From contig CAZTGE010000002.1 of assembly GCA_964612995.1 (NCBI GenBank), positions 337-64,336 of the forward strand: a stretch of 64,000 bases of DNA, given 5' to 3'. The notes under the pieces are model-generated. The model saw nothing but the letters and a program-made list of their open reading frames with translations. It was not told where the DNA came from and made no database searches. Numbering within the stretch: the stretch's first letter is position 1; each line of letters begins with the position of its first letter. Origin of the DNA: an uncultured candidatus Brocadiaceae bacterium. GTDB lineage: Bacteria; Planctomycetota; UBA11346. This document shows positions 8,499-17,769 of the stretch, one piece after another. Both the position numbers and the translations under genes were made by a program.

Positions 8499-10514
8499 GT
8501 GCAACACAAAGGCAGACCCCGACGGTACGATCCCGACTACCCCCTGCTGAGCGAGACCCTTGGTTTGTGGAAGCTCATCGAGGGGGTGGGCCGTGGCGGG
8601 ATGGGCGAGGTCTATGCCGCGGAGTACGACTACCTCCATCTGCTCACTTTGCGCTACAAGCCCGAGGAGCGCGGCGTCATCCGTCGCGAGCTCGAACGCC
8701 TGCCGCGCGAGGAGCAGGCCCGGCTGGCCAGCGAGATGCTCGGCACGCCCCTGCCCGCTGACGCCCGCTTCGCGATCAAGGTATGCTCGGCCCGCAAGGG
8801 CACAGCCGGTCACCGTCGCTTCCTCCAGGAGGCCGAGCTGGCGCGACGCCTGGGCGACCACCCCTACATCGTCTCGGTCCACGCGATCAACTCGGGTGAG
8901 AGCGCCGATCCCCACGGCGGTCGAGAGGCGCTGAGCAGCACCTCGACCGCGGTCGCCGACCTCGCGCTGGAGACCGGCAAGTACAAGGACGTGGCCTTCA
9001 TGGTCATGGATCTGGCGGTACGCGACTACCGCCACGACGCGCTGAATCTCGAAGAAGCGGTCCATGTGGTGCGCTGCATCGCCACCGCGCTCGATCACGC
9101 GCACCAGTACGGCGTGGTCCATCGCGATCTCAAGCCGGAGAACATCCTCGGGAGCGTGCGCCACCCGCTGTTGACCGACTTCGGCATCGCCAAGGAGCTC
9201 GATCAGTCCCTGGGGCTGACCCGCACCGGCCAGATCATCGGCACGCTCGACTACATGAGTCCGGAACAGGCCACCGACGCCAAGAACGTCGATCATCTCA
9301 GCGACATCTACTCTCTCGGCGTGGTGCTCTACGAATTCGCGACCAGCGGCAGCCTGCCCTACATCCACCTCGCCGAGCGCGAGGCCTGCCTGGCCGCGAT
9401 CCGCAATGATCGCACCGAACCACGGTGGCCGCGCAATCACGCGCCCGATTTCCCGGTCGGTCTCGAACGCATCGTGCTCAAGGCGATGGCCAAGCGCAAA
9501 CGGGAGCGCTACCAGGAGATGTCCGAGTTCATCGGTGATCTCGACCGCTTCACCCGGGGCGAGCGCATCGGTGTCTGGGGTCATATGCCGTTGCGTCGCT
9601 GGATGCGGCACCAGCATCAGGTCCATCCGCGGATGGTGTGGTTCCTCGCGGCCACGGTGATCCTGGTCGTGGGCATCTGGGCATCCTTCGCCCTGCGCAG
9701 CTTCTTCGACCCCCGCGGCGGCGAGCTGCGTGATCGGCTCGACACCCTGCAGGCGGTGGTCGAGCGTATCGCCGTCGAACGGCGCCGCGACAGCCATGCC
9801 ACGCAGCAGCTCAGCCGTGAGGACAGCCAGTTCCTCGAGCGCCTGAGCGACGACCTCGAGAGCTACGGCGCCGACTATCCGGCCGAGGCGGCCCGATTCG
9901 AGTCGTTGCGTCGCCGGCTGCGGCGCAACCGCTATCTCTACGCCCGGTTCACAGGTTCACCCAATGTCGATTCCGGCTTCGCCAAACAGCAGCTGGCCCT
10001 GGCGGGCAATGTCGAGTCGCAGAACTGGAACAGCATCGCCTCCGGTCTGCTGATGATCGAGGACACCCCGCTGACCCTCGGCCCCTATATCGGGCACGGG
10101 ATCAAGATCTTCATCTGGGTCCAGTTCGCCAACCACCTGGATTTCAATCTCACCGTGACCGAGCACGACACGCTCAGCGCCAACCGTACCGGCTTCATCA
10201 CGGTCGGGGCCGAGAACGGTCGGCGCGAGTTGCAGCTGCGCCATCAGCCCTTCGCCGGCGGGCCGGAGGTGTTGGCGAGCAGCCCGGTGTGGCCCCGCCG
10301 CGACCTGCGACTGTGGCTCGAGGTCTATCCCGACCGCATCGACGCCACCTGGCCCAACCCCGACCAGCGCGCCTTCACGCCCTACTTCGGCAACGACTGG
10401 CAGCGCGATGCACTCCAGCTCGGCGCGGCGGAGGAGATCCCCATCGACGTCGAGCTACTCCTGCCCAAGGGCGCGATCCTCAAGCAGATCGAGATCTTCT
10501 CGGCCATCCGGTGA
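8499..10514 (+). CDS. Hanks-type Ser/Thr protein kinase with a long insertion in the N-lobe, one TM helix and a C-terminal extracytoplasmic domain of about 280 aa.
   Basis: Kinase motifs are GVGRGGMGEVY, FAIKV, HRDLKPENIL, DFGIAKE and YMSPEQ. The TM helix is VWFLAATVILVVGIWASFAL. The ORF 8472 start is a GTG. A GTG at 8499 has GGAG 4 nt upstream. Confidence 0.7.
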   Translation: MQHKGRPRRYDPDYPLLSETLGLWKLIEGVGRGGMGEVYAAEYDYLHLLTLRYKPEERGVIRRELERLPREEQARLASEMLGTPLPADARFAIKVCSARKGTAGHRRFLQEAELARRLGDHPYIVSVHAINSGESADPHGGREALSSTSTAVADLALETGKYKDVAFMVMDLAVRDYRHDALNLEEAVHVVRCIATALDHAHQYGVVHRDLKPENILGSVRHPLLTDFGIAKELDQSLGLTRTGQIIGTLDYMSPEQATDAKNVDHLSDIYSLGVVLYEFATSGSLPYIHLAEREACLAAIRNDRTEPRWPRNHAPDFPVGLERIVLKAMAKRKRERYQEMSEFIGDLDRFTRGERIGVWGHMPLRRWMRHQHQVHPRMVWFLAATVILVVGIWASFALRSFFDPRGGELRDRLDTLQAVVERIAVERRRDSHATQQLSREDSQFLERLSDDLESYGADYPAEAARFESLRRRLRRNRYLYARFTGSPNVDSGFAKQQLALAGNVESQNWNSIASGLLMIEDTPLTLGPYIGHGIKIFIWVQFANHLDFNLTVTEHDTLSANRTGFITVGAENGRRELQLRHQPFAGGPEVLASSPVWPRRDLRLWLEVYPDRIDATWPNPDQRAFTPYFGNDWQRDALQLGAAEEIPIDVELLLPKGAILKQIEIFSAIR

Positions 10515-10612
10515 CCCGATGTCAGCGGGCCCGGTCGTGGGGCCCGGGCTGGCCGGCTGCGGCTTGCGCGCCCTGCGGTTGCGTTGCTCTGCGGTAGCCG
10601 TGTAATGCGGTG

Positions 10613-11011
10613 ATGAGCAAGTTCACCGACCTCGCGGCGCTGGCGCGCCAGCATGGGCAGTATCCGGTCGAAGCCTATTCCTTCGTCGGCGAGGGCCTGC
10701 GCCACGCCGCCAGGACCCTCGGCAAGGAAACCGCGACCGGTGACGAGCGCCATCTGGCGGCGATAGAGCTGGTCGATGGCGTGCTGGATCTGGCCGCCGA
10801 GCGTTTCGGCCTGCTCGCGCGTGAGGTGTTGCGCTCATGGGGCCTGACCCGCAGCGAGGATATCGGCGCGATCACCTACCATCTGATCGAATGCGGCGTG
10901 TTCGGCCGCCAGAGCTCGGACAGCCGCAGCGATTTCGACAACGGCCCGGCTTTCGCGCACGCGCTCGAACAGCGCGTGCGCGCAGACCTCGAGGCCGTGT
11001 GTCGCCGCTGA
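10613..11011 (+). CDS. Hypothetical protein (133 aa).
   Basis: ORF 10610..11011 has varied composition and no recognisable motif. Confidence 0.35.
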   Translation: MSKFTDLAALARQHGQYPVEAYSFVGEGLRHAARTLGKETATGDERHLAAIELVDGVLDLAAERFGLLAREVLRSWGLTRSEDIGAITYHLIECGVFGRQSSDSRSDFDNGPAFAHALEQRVRADLEAVCRR

Positions 11012-11109
11012 ACTGAGCGGGGCCGTCGGCCTTGACGGGGCCCTCACAGCTCGCAGTGAAGCGTTCGCATGACACAAATCGTGGACAGCAGGTCGGTCGA
11101 CGGAGGGGT

Positions 11110-11247
11110 GGTTTTCGCCGAAAATGGGCCGAAGGCCCGGCGAAAACGCGGCCGCAGGCCGCGAACCCTGACCGAGGCCGGGGGGTACGCGCCGAAGGCG
11201 CGAGGGGGCAGCGCTCCCTGTGAGGGAAGCCTCGGCCTTGGCCGAGA
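11110..11247 (+). other. Cluster of short GC-rich hairpins, several with GAA triloops, in the leader of the AI-2E transporter gene.
   Basis: A 10-bp stem pairs gttttcgccg with cggcgaaaac. Smaller hairpins are gggccGAAggccc, gcggccGCAggccgc and gcgccGAAggcgc. All were read directly. Confidence 0.4.
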
Positions 11248-13367
11248 AATGGCTTTCCACCTTCCGCAACGGCGCCGATCATGGCGCGGTGCGCACGGAA
11301 GATGACGACTCGGAGCATGTCGGCTGGGTCGAGGAGATCTGGGACAACGTCTGGATCCGCGTCGGGGTGATCGCCGCCGCGGTCGCGATGGTCAGTTGGG
11401 CCGTGCGCGAGACCGCCTTCATCACCCGACCGGTGCTCCAGGCCCTCGGCATGATGGCCCTGCCCCTGGCCATCGGGTTCACCGTCGCCTACATCTGCTC
11501 GCCCCTGGTCGAGGTGATGCGGCGTTTCGGCATCAACCGGGTGCTCGGCTCGCTGGTGCTCTATTCGGTGTTGCTGGCCGGCGGGGGCCTCACCGTATCG
11601 ATGGTCATCCCGGCGATGATCCGGCAGTCGACCGACCTCGCCGAGCGCACCCTGCAGGACCACTGGTACCTCGATCGCAACCGCAACGAGCGGTACGACT
11701 CGGGTGACCTCGTGCTCCAGCTCGATAACATCGATCACGGTAGCTTCTTCGAGGACCGCGACAACGACGGAGAACGCGACCCCAGCGAGCCGGCCTACGA
11801 GCGCGAGGCCGATCGGCGGGTGCGGTACGAGCCCTCGCTGATCAAGCACACGGTCAGCTGGGTCAACGAACGCCAGCACCGGCTCGAACGGCTGATCGGC
11901 GGCGGCCTCGACCGACGGGGCCAGGTCTTCGTGTTGTTCTACCACCAGGCGATGCAGCCGGTGACCGATCGCCTCGATGCCGGGCTGCAGGTCGCGCGCG
12001 AGTCACGCCTGTTCACGCAGTGGCCTCCCTTCCTGCGCCAGGATCCCGAGCACCTGCCCGATCTCGACGCCGCGCTCGGCCGCGAGCTGGAATGGCCGCG
12101 CAGCTGGCCGCAGGTCCTGCGCGACGACTACGATGCGGTACACCAGAATCTGAGCGATGATTTCACCGTCGAGCAGCGTAAGGGCTGGCGTGCGGTCATG
12201 CGCTGGTACGGTCGTTGTTTCACCTATCGTCATCAGGAGCTGATGGCGGTGTGGGACGCCTGGAGCGCCGGCGACGAGCTGAGCGACCCGACGACCGCTT
12301 TGCCGCCGCTGCTCGCCGCGGCCGAGGGGCCGGCGGCGGCCTTCGTGCGCGAGTGGTTCATGCAGGACCGCGCCTTGCTGTTACGGTCGTTGCGCGCCTT
12401 CGATCGCGGCGAGGAGTCGAACGGCCGCCGTGAACTCACCGGGGACCAGCGCGAGCAGGCCGAGGCTCTCTACGACTTCATGCAGGAGGCGGCCGACGCC
12501 GAGCTGGCCTACGCCGAGCAGCTGGTGCAGCGGATCGTGCGTGGCCGCGATGGCGGCGGCAACGCCTTCCTCCGCTCGCTGGTCGATCGCGTCGATGGCC
12601 AGGTGCGTTCCGGCCTCCAGGCCGCCTCGGTCGCGGTGGGCAGCCGCATCCGCCACGTGTTCACCAACATCACCGGGCTACTGGGGTTCACCCTCGATCT
12701 GATCCTGATCCCGGTCTACGCCTTCTTCCTCACCCTGGCGATGCCCCGCATCCGGCTGACCTTGCGCACCTACATCCCCGAGCGCAACAAGGTGCGTACG
12801 CTGCGGATCCTGCACGACATCGAGAAGGTGGTCTCCGCGTTCTTCCGTGGCCGCCTGATCGTCTGTCTGCTCTGTGCCCTGCTGGTCTGGGCCGGGTTCG
12901 CTCCCCTGGGTGTGCCCTATGCCGGGCTGTTCGGCCTGCTTATCGGCCTGGCCACGGCGGTGCCGCTCTCCGGTCTGCTGTTCCTCGTGCCCGCCTGTCT
13001 GTTGGTGATGGTCGAGGGCGGTGACGCCATGGTCGTGCGCATCGCGCTGGTGGTCGCGGTCTACACCGTGGTCCAGGGGCTGGAGATGACGGTGTTCACC
13101 CCGACGATCATGGGCCGCGAGGTCGAACTGCATCCGGTGCTGCTGATCCTCGCGCTGCTGTTCTTCGGTTATCTGTGGGGCATTCTCGGGCTGATCCTCG
13201 CCGTGCCGATCGCCGCATCGCTGCGCATCCTGCTGCGTGAGTTCGTCCTGCCCCGGCTGCGCCGGATGGCGGCGCTGCCGGCGGACAGCCGGCGCTGGAC
13301 CCGGAGCGCGGATCCGCCGGCCGACGAGCCGGGCGAGGCGCTTGCCGAGCGCCCGTCCGGGGCATGA
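11220..13367 (+). CDS. AI-2E family (PerM/UPF0118) transporter with an insertion of about 300 aa in a soluble loop.
   Basis: The C-terminal region LLGFTLDLILIPVYAFFL...LIGLATAVPL...ILAVPIAASLRILLREF is typical of PF01594. The GTG start at 11220 has GAGGGGG upstream. The first in-frame ATG is at 11388. Confidence 0.65.
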   Translation: MREASALAEKWLSTFRNGADHGAVRTEDDDSEHVGWVEEIWDNVWIRVGVIAAAVAMVSWAVRETAFITRPVLQALGMMALPLAIGFTVAYICSPLVEVMRRFGINRVLGSLVLYSVLLAGGGLTVSMVIPAMIRQSTDLAERTLQDHWYLDRNRNERYDSGDLVLQLDNIDHGSFFEDRDNDGERDPSEPAYEREADRRVRYEPSLIKHTVSWVNERQHRLERLIGGGLDRRGQVFVLFYHQAMQPVTDRLDAGLQVARESRLFTQWPPFLRQDPEHLPDLDAALGRELEWPRSWPQVLRDDYDAVHQNLSDDFTVEQRKGWRAVMRWYGRCFTYRHQELMAVWDAWSAGDELSDPTTALPPLLAAAEGPAAAFVREWFMQDRALLLRSLRAFDRGEESNGRRELTGDQREQAEALYDFMQEAADAELAYAEQLVQRIVRGRDGGGNAFLRSLVDRVDGQVRSGLQAASVAVGSRIRHVFTNITGLLGFTLDLILIPVYAFFLTLAMPRIRLTLRTYIPERNKVRTLRILHDIEKVVSAFFRGRLIVCLLCALLVWAGFAPLGVPYAGLFGLLIGLATAVPLSGLLFLVPACLLVMVEGGDAMVVRIALVVAVYTVVQGLEMTVFTPTIMGREVELHPVLLILALLFFGYLWGILGLILAVPIAASLRILLREFVLPRLRRMAALPADSRRWTRSADPPADEPGEALAERPSGA

Positions 13368-13374
13368 TCCGGCC

Positions 13375-14385
13375 ATGCGGGTGGAGCGGATCCTCGATGC
13401 CGATGTCAATCGCGCGGCCGAAGGCCTGCGCGTGCTCGAAGAGGTCGCCCGCTTCCTCGGCGACGACCACACCCAGGCGGCCACGCTCAAGCATCTGCGT
13501 CACCGCCTGCGCGCGGCGATACCGGCCGCTGCAACCGCGTGGCGCGATACGCCCGGGGATGTCGGTACCACCATCGCCGCTGCCGACGAGGCGCGGCGCT
13601 GCGATCTGGTGGCGATCATCCGGGCCAACGCCCGGCGCGCGCAGGAGGCCCTGCGCGCGCTCGAAGAGTTCTCCAAGCTCAGCGGATTGGATGCCGCGTT
13701 CTTCGAGGCCATGCGTTACGCCTGCTACACCGCCGAATCCGAACTGCTCGCTCGCCTGCCGCAGCAGCGCCTGCGTGCGGCGCGGCTCTATGCATTGATC
13801 GACGTCGCATTGTGCGACGATCCGGTGGCCGTGGCCGGCGCGGTGGCGCACGGCGGGGCTGGCGTGGTGCAGTTGCGCGCCAAGCAGCTCGAACCGCGTA
13901 ATTACCTGGCTCTGGCCGAACGGATGCAGGCGGCGGTGCGTGCAGCCGGGGCGATGTTCGTGGTCAACGATCATGTCGCCGTGGCCGCGGCACTCGGTAG
14001 CGACGGCGTGCATATCGGTCAGGACGATCTCGCACCGGACCATGTGCGACGGGTGGTCGGCCCTGGGTGCGCCATCGGTCTGAGCGTGCATGCGCCCGAG
14101 CAGCTCGCGCCTGCGCGCAGCGGGGCGGTCGACTACATCGGCCTGGGTCCGGTTTTCACCACCACGACCAAGCCCCACGAACCGGTGCGCGGCCCCGAGC
14201 TCCTGCGTCGCGTCGCCGGCCTGTCGCTGCCGCCGTCCTACGCCATCGGCGGAATCACCCTCGAGCGGTTACCGCAGTTGCTCGGTCTGCTGCCGCACGG
14301 GGTGGCGGTGGCTGGCGACCTGTGCCGCGCCGCTGACCCGCAGGCCCGGGCCGCGGCCTACCGCGCGTTGCTCGACGATGGCTGA
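13375..14385 (+). CDS. thiE: Thiamine-phosphate synthase with an N-terminal extension.
   Basis: Motifs VHIGQDDL, IGLSVH and YIGLGPVFTTTTK are present. The ATG at 13375 lies immediately after the upstream TGA at 13365..13367. Confidence 0.8.
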   Translation: MRVERILDADVNRAAEGLRVLEEVARFLGDDHTQAATLKHLRHRLRAAIPAAATAWRDTPGDVGTTIAAADEARRCDLVAIIRANARRAQEALRALEEFSKLSGLDAAFFEAMRYACYTAESELLARLPQQRLRAARLYALIDVALCDDPVAVAGAVAHGGAGVVQLRAKQLEPRNYLALAERMQAAVRAAGAMFVVNDHVAVAAALGSDGVHIGQDDLAPDHVRRVVGPGCAIGLSVHAPEQLAPARSGAVDYIGLGPVFTTTTKPHEPVRGPELLRRVAGLSLPPSYAIGGITLERLPQLLGLLPHGVAVAGDLCRAADPQARAAAYRALLDDG

Positions 14386-14614
14386 GCGCTGCGTCAGCGC
14401 CGGCGCGCTGCGCCTGATCCTGACCCACTTCGTGCAGCTGCCGGCGGTGCTGCTGGTGCTATGGGGCACGGGGCCGACCGCCTGGTGGATCGCCGGGTTG
14501 TGGGGCTCGGTGGTCGCCTGCGCCGGGACCGACAGCGGCTGGGTCTGGCGCAACCGCCTGCTGGTCAGCGAGGCGGTCTGCTGGCTGGCGTTGCCCTTGT
14601 GTCTGATGCCCTGA
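14378..14614 (+). CDS. Possible small membrane protein (78 aa) overlapping the thiE stop.
   Basis: An ATG at 14378 begins MAERCVSAGALRLILTHFVQLPAVLLVLWGTGPTAWWIAGLWG, with two predicted TM helices. The protein has no homolog features, so this call is weak. Confidence 0.25.
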   Translation: MAERCVSAGALRLILTHFVQLPAVLLVLWGTGPTAWWIAGLWGSVVACAGTDSGWVWRNRLLVSEAVCWLALPLCLMP

Positions 14615-14632
14615 GCCGCCCTGCGCCGGGGA

Positions 14633-15292
14633 TCAGAAACGGTAGCCGACCGAGACGAAGGCGGAGGGGTAGTCCTGCTCGACCTCGATCTCGATGAGCG
14701 AGTCGTCAGCGTGGCGGAACTTGTTTCGGCTGCGCCACGAGGTGTAGGCGGCGCCGGCGCCGATGTCGATGCGGCCGAGATTGACGAAGGCCCCGAGCGT
14801 GGCGCCGACCTCGGTGATCAGGCCGGGCTCGCGGATGGCCAGTTGCGCAGTGTCGAGGTCGAGCCAGCCCAGGCCGATACCGACGTAGGGCATGAGCTCG
14901 ATGCGGGCGGAGTCGCCGAACTCATAGACCAGGCCGAGGTGGGCCCGGAGGGTGTTGCCGCTGTAGAAGATGTCCTGGTCGCCAGCTTCTGCGGTCTGGA
15001 AGGTGCTGAACAGGCCGAAGGCGGCGCCGAGCTTCCACGGGCTGGCGGGGGCGAAGGGGCGCCGGTGGTGCGAGAGGATCTCTGCCGCGATCGCGGTATC
15101 GATCTCCAGGCCGTCGACCAGGTCCTCGTCCACGATCGGGGTCGAGATGTCGAGGCGCAGGCCGGAGAGGGTGCGCACCTCGCTGTGGTAGGCCGTGGCC
15201 GCGTGACCACGCGCGATGGTCAGAAGCATGGCCAGAACGATGCCGGTGGCCAGGAGCGCACGGCGATTGGTGGCGACCAACGATCGATGCAT
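14633..15292 (-). CDS. Small outer-membrane beta-barrel protein (OMP_b-brl/OmpW-like) with a C-terminal aromatic residue. It is paralog 1.
   Basis: The signal peptide is MHRSLVATNRRALLATGIVLAMLLTIARGHA. Alternating amphipathic beta strands are present. The protein ends in SVGYRF and GGAG lies 9 nt upstream of the ATG. It is a paralog of 17770..18420. Confidence 0.55.
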   Translation of the reverse strand: MHRSLVATNRRALLATGIVLAMLLTIARGHAATAYHSEVRTLSGLRLDISTPIVDEDLVDGLEIDTAIAAEILSHHRRPFAPASPWKLGAAFGLFSTFQTAEAGDQDIFYSGNTLRAHLGLVYEFGDSARIELMPYVGIGLGWLDLDTAQLAIREPGLITEVGATLGAFVNLGRIDIGAGAAYTSWRSRNKFRHADDSLIEIEVEQDYPSAFVSVGYRF

Positions 15293-15656
15293 GGAAGGGA
15301 TCTCCCTCGGGGCTGGTGGCACACGCCAGGGGGCGGCCGCTGCCCGGCCGGCGAGACGCCGCCGCACGCCCGGGCACGGGGCGTCAAGGCTGCCGGACGG
15401 GCGCATGTCGCGTCCGCTCACATGCGTTTAGGTCCACCTCGCGGCCATCCAAGCGCCAACTGTGGCCATGGCGCGGGGTTCGGCGCACAGTCCGACCCCT
15501 CTACCAGCCCATACGCCCCCAGCTAGATAGGTGGTTTATCGGTTGTCCACATGCCGGCAGGGCTAAACTGACTGGTCGCCGCTTCGTGGTCGCGCAGATG
15601 ACAGCCTCTGTGCAGCCGAACGGGCCAAGCGGCGTATCGGTAACGAAGGGGAAGCC

Positions 15657-17465
15657 ATGCGCGCGATCGCTCATGCATTGATCGTCTGTGTCACCAGCGT
15701 CCTGGTCTGTGGCCTCACCGGCTGCGGTGGCGATGACAAGATCAGCAATCCCATCGGCGGCAAGTTGCAGGTCGATCATGCCGCCACTGGCGGTGGCGGC
15801 GGCGGCGGCGGCGGTGGTGGTGGTGGTGGTGATGACAGCGACGATCCGGCCGACGATCCGGTCGGCTCGGACAAGACCTGGACCTTCATGGTCTACATGG
15901 CGGCGGACAACAACCTCGCCGCAGCTGGCCTCGACGACATCAAGGAGATGATGGCGGTCGGCTCGAACGACAATGTCAATGTGATCGTCAAGGCCGAGTT
16001 CGGTACCGGCTATCTCGCCTCCAGCGGGATCAACACCCCGGCCGATGCCAACATCCCCGGTCTGCCCTCGTTCCAGACGACCACCTACCTGGTCAAAGCC
16101 GGCTCGGTCGAGCCGATCAGCGCCAGCGCCAATCAGGACATGGCCGACCCGGCCACCCTGTCTGGTTTCATCAGCCAGACCGTCGAGGACTACCCCGCAG
16201 ATCACACGGTGCTGGTGCTGTGGAATCACGGCCAGAACCTCGTCGGCGTGTGCCAGGACGAGACCGACAGCGGGTACGACATGATGGATCTGCTCGAGAT
16301 GCGGACCGCCGTCGTGGAGGCAGGCGTCCACCTCGACATCGTCGATATCGACGCCTGTCTGATGGCCCGGCTCGAGGTGGCCGAGGTCCTCTACGAGCAC
16401 TGCGACTACCTCGTCGCCTCGCTGTTGACCGAACCGTTCGATGGCGATCCCTACACCCCCATGCTGCAGCATCTGACCGCCAATCCGGACCAGACCCCCG
16501 AGGCCTACGCCGCCACCATCTGCCGCGACTATGTCGAGTCCTATGGCAGCCCGGATGACGGTTCGGTGACCAAGTCGGCGCTCGACATGGAAGTGTATCC
16601 ACTGTTCCGTTCGGCGCTCGACGACCTCGCTGCGGACATGGAGGCCGCGCTGCTCGACGGTTCGCGCTCGGAGATCGAGGCCGCGCGCGACGCGGCGGTC
16701 GCGATCGATGCCGAGGTCGATCGCGACCTCGGCCACTTCATCGCCGAGGTCAAGAACCGCGCTTCGGCCGCACTGCCCGCAGCCCTGTTCACCAGCACCG
16801 AGAACGCGCTGGACAGCATGGTGGTGGCCAACGAGTTCCGCGTCGTCGGCGGTACGCCGGCTGGTCTGGCCTCGTGTACCGGGCTCGGCGGGTTCCTGCC
16901 GAGCACCATCGGCGACGAAGGCCTGATCAGCATGGACAGCTTCGAGCAGATCATGCTCGGCAGCATGCCCAACTGGTGCAGCTTCGTGCGCGAGCTGCTC
17001 GGCAGCAGCATGTACGATGCCGAGAACCCCCCGGAGTTCGGTTTCCAACTCGAATGGAGCGATCCGAATGTCGACATCGATCTCTATGTCAAGGAGCCGA
17101 GCGTCAACGACTCGGGCAGTTTATGGGTCGCGCCGTTCATGGGCACTGTCTCTCCGCAGGGCTACATGGGGGGAGGCTGGGGCTGGGAAGGCTGGGTGTC
17201 GAAGGAATGGGTGATGGTCGGCGAGTTCGAGGCCTACGTCGCCCTGTACGACGACAACAGCGCTGGCACGCCGACGATCGAGGTGACCTGGTCGACCCTG
17301 GAGGGCGGAGACTGGGTCGAACAGGGGACCGTCGAGGTGAGCGACCTGCAGCCGATCAATGTCGATATCTGGACCGGTCCCACGCCGGGACAGGAAGATG
17401 CGATCGACGATGACCTGCACAGCAACTGGAAGTACCTCACCAGTGTGATCGTCAACAGCGGCTGA
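15657..17465 (+). CDS. Clostripain-family (peptidase C11) lipoprotein with a poly-Gly linker and a C-terminal PPC-like beta domain.
   Basis: The lipobox is VCGLTGCGGD. A run of 14 Gly residues follows. The C11 hallmark is DKTWTFMVYMAADNNLAAAGLDDI. The C-terminal WSDPNVDIDLYVKEP resembles a pre-peptidase C-terminal (PPC) domain. The RBS is GAAGGGGAAG. Confidence 0.6.
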   Translation: MRAIAHALIVCVTSVLVCGLTGCGGDDKISNPIGGKLQVDHAATGGGGGGGGGGGGGGDDSDDPADDPVGSDKTWTFMVYMAADNNLAAAGLDDIKEMMAVGSNDNVNVIVKAEFGTGYLASSGINTPADANIPGLPSFQTTTYLVKAGSVEPISASANQDMADPATLSGFISQTVEDYPADHTVLVLWNHGQNLVGVCQDETDSGYDMMDLLEMRTAVVEAGVHLDIVDIDACLMARLEVAEVLYEHCDYLVASLLTEPFDGDPYTPMLQHLTANPDQTPEAYAATICRDYVESYGSPDDGSVTKSALDMEVYPLFRSALDDLAADMEAALLDGSRSEIEAARDAAVAIDAEVDRDLGHFIAEVKNRASAALPAALFTSTENALDSMVVANEFRVVGGTPAGLASCTGLGGFLPSTIGDEGLISMDSFEQIMLGSMPNWCSFVRELLGSSMYDAENPPEFGFQLEWSDPNVDIDLYVKEPSVNDSGSLWVAPFMGTVSPQGYMGGGWGWEGWVSKEWVMVGEFEAYVALYDDNSAGTPTIEVTWSTLEGGDWVEQGTVEVSDLQPINVDIWTGPTPGQEDAIDDDLHSNWKYLTSVIVNSG

Positions 17466-17538
17466 TCGCGATGTCCACCGGTCCAGACGCGCGAACGGCC
17501 GGAGTACCCTCCGGCCGTTCGCATGTCCAGGGCAGCAT

Positions 17539-17585
17539 GCCCTGCCCCTGCCCCTGCCCCTGCCCCTGCCCTGCCCTGCCCTGCG
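17539..17585. repeat. Microsatellite (CCCCTG)4(CCCTG)3. It is G-rich on the minus strand.
   Basis: The repeat was read directly. It lies in the convergent intergenic region between the C11 gene and OMP paralog 2 and is followed by an imperfect hairpin pairing gcgcaagcg with cgcttgcg. Confidence 0.8.
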
Positions 17586-17769
17586 CAAGCGTGGCGTGGT
17601 AGCTCCGGCTTGGGCGCTTGCGTGGCGCACGATTCATCGACGCCCGGGTGGGCTCGGCTCCTGCAGCCGGCGCCCGGCTTGGACGGTACAGGCCTGAGTA
17701 CGCCATCCTGCGGCGGGGCGAAGGATGTGGAGGCGACGACGGGGGGAGGGCGCTACTGCGTCTGCAGCC

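Noticed and set aside
8463-9797. A 444-aa minus-strand ORF.
   Set aside because: It is antisense to the Ser/Thr kinase 8499..10514.
15787-15830. The GGC/GGT repeat tract considered as a CRISPR or other non-coding repeat.
   Set aside because: It is in-frame coding sequence for the poly-Gly linker of the C11 lipoprotein. No CRISPR repeat-spacer periodicity exists anywhere in the window.
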